64,000 bases of DNA. Source: Octopus sinensis (Eukaryota). The notes under the pieces are model-generated. The model had not been told where the DNA came from, did no database searches, and saw nothing but the letters and a program-made list of their open reading frames with translations. The stretch spans positions 32,500,464 to 32,564,463 of the forward strand of contig NC_043011.1 in the NCBI RefSeq assembly GCF_006345805.1, read 5' to 3'. Made by a program: the position numbers and the translations under genes. This document shows positions 63,801 to 64,000 of the stretch, in pieces. Within the stretch, counting starts at the first letter, position 1; each line of letters starts with the position of its first letter.

Positions 63801-64000
63801 ACGTCTTCCTTATTCCAGCTACAACAGAGAGAAAGAAAGAAACATGGCCGATGGTCACATAGGAGCCACGTGAGTAAGGGAGGAGGAGTGAGGGAGAGAG
63901 AGTGACAGAGTAATAGGATAGAATAGTGGGAGAAGAGGACATAAAAGAATGACAGAGAAAAAAGAGAAAATGAAAGAGTAAAAAGATCGTATAGAGTGCG

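Overview
Repeat-saturated eukaryotic genomic DNA with no host protein-coding gene that I can support. The SINE, LINE and microsatellite repertoire matches what I recognise from octopus (coleoid cephalopod) genomes; this species call is an inference. The window is mostly microsatellites plus tRNA-headed SINEs, which I label locally: A (head AGGCGTAGGAGTGGCTGTGTGGTAAG, about 20 copies or fragments), B (head GGCGGCGAGCTGGCAGAAACG, usually in same-strand tandem clusters) and C/D (head GGCGCGTGGCTTAGTGGTTAG, with interchangeable bodies and tails). It also holds decayed LINEs (R4/Dong-type, RTE, CR1/L2-group, L1/Tx1), Tc1/mariner and hAT remnants, two copies of a non-autonomous Helitron, two 5S rRNA copies, hammerhead-ribozyme motifs and a 100-N gap. 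Nearly all ORFs in the supplied track are microsatellite artefacts or TE fragments. Most notable findings: (1) a 5S rRNA + tRNA-SINE composite at two loci; each appears inserted as one unit into an older element, and the two SINE moieties share diagnostic variants, suggesting a 5S-headed composite SINE subfamily; (2) SINE B appears to target its own head, inserting repeatedly at GTATTTC, with nested target-site duplications; (3) SINE and LINE 3' tails match within the window; (4) hammerhead motifs lie in a foldback element; (5) a circularly permuted local duplication is present. Coordinates were read by eye and are approximate except where junction bases are quoted.
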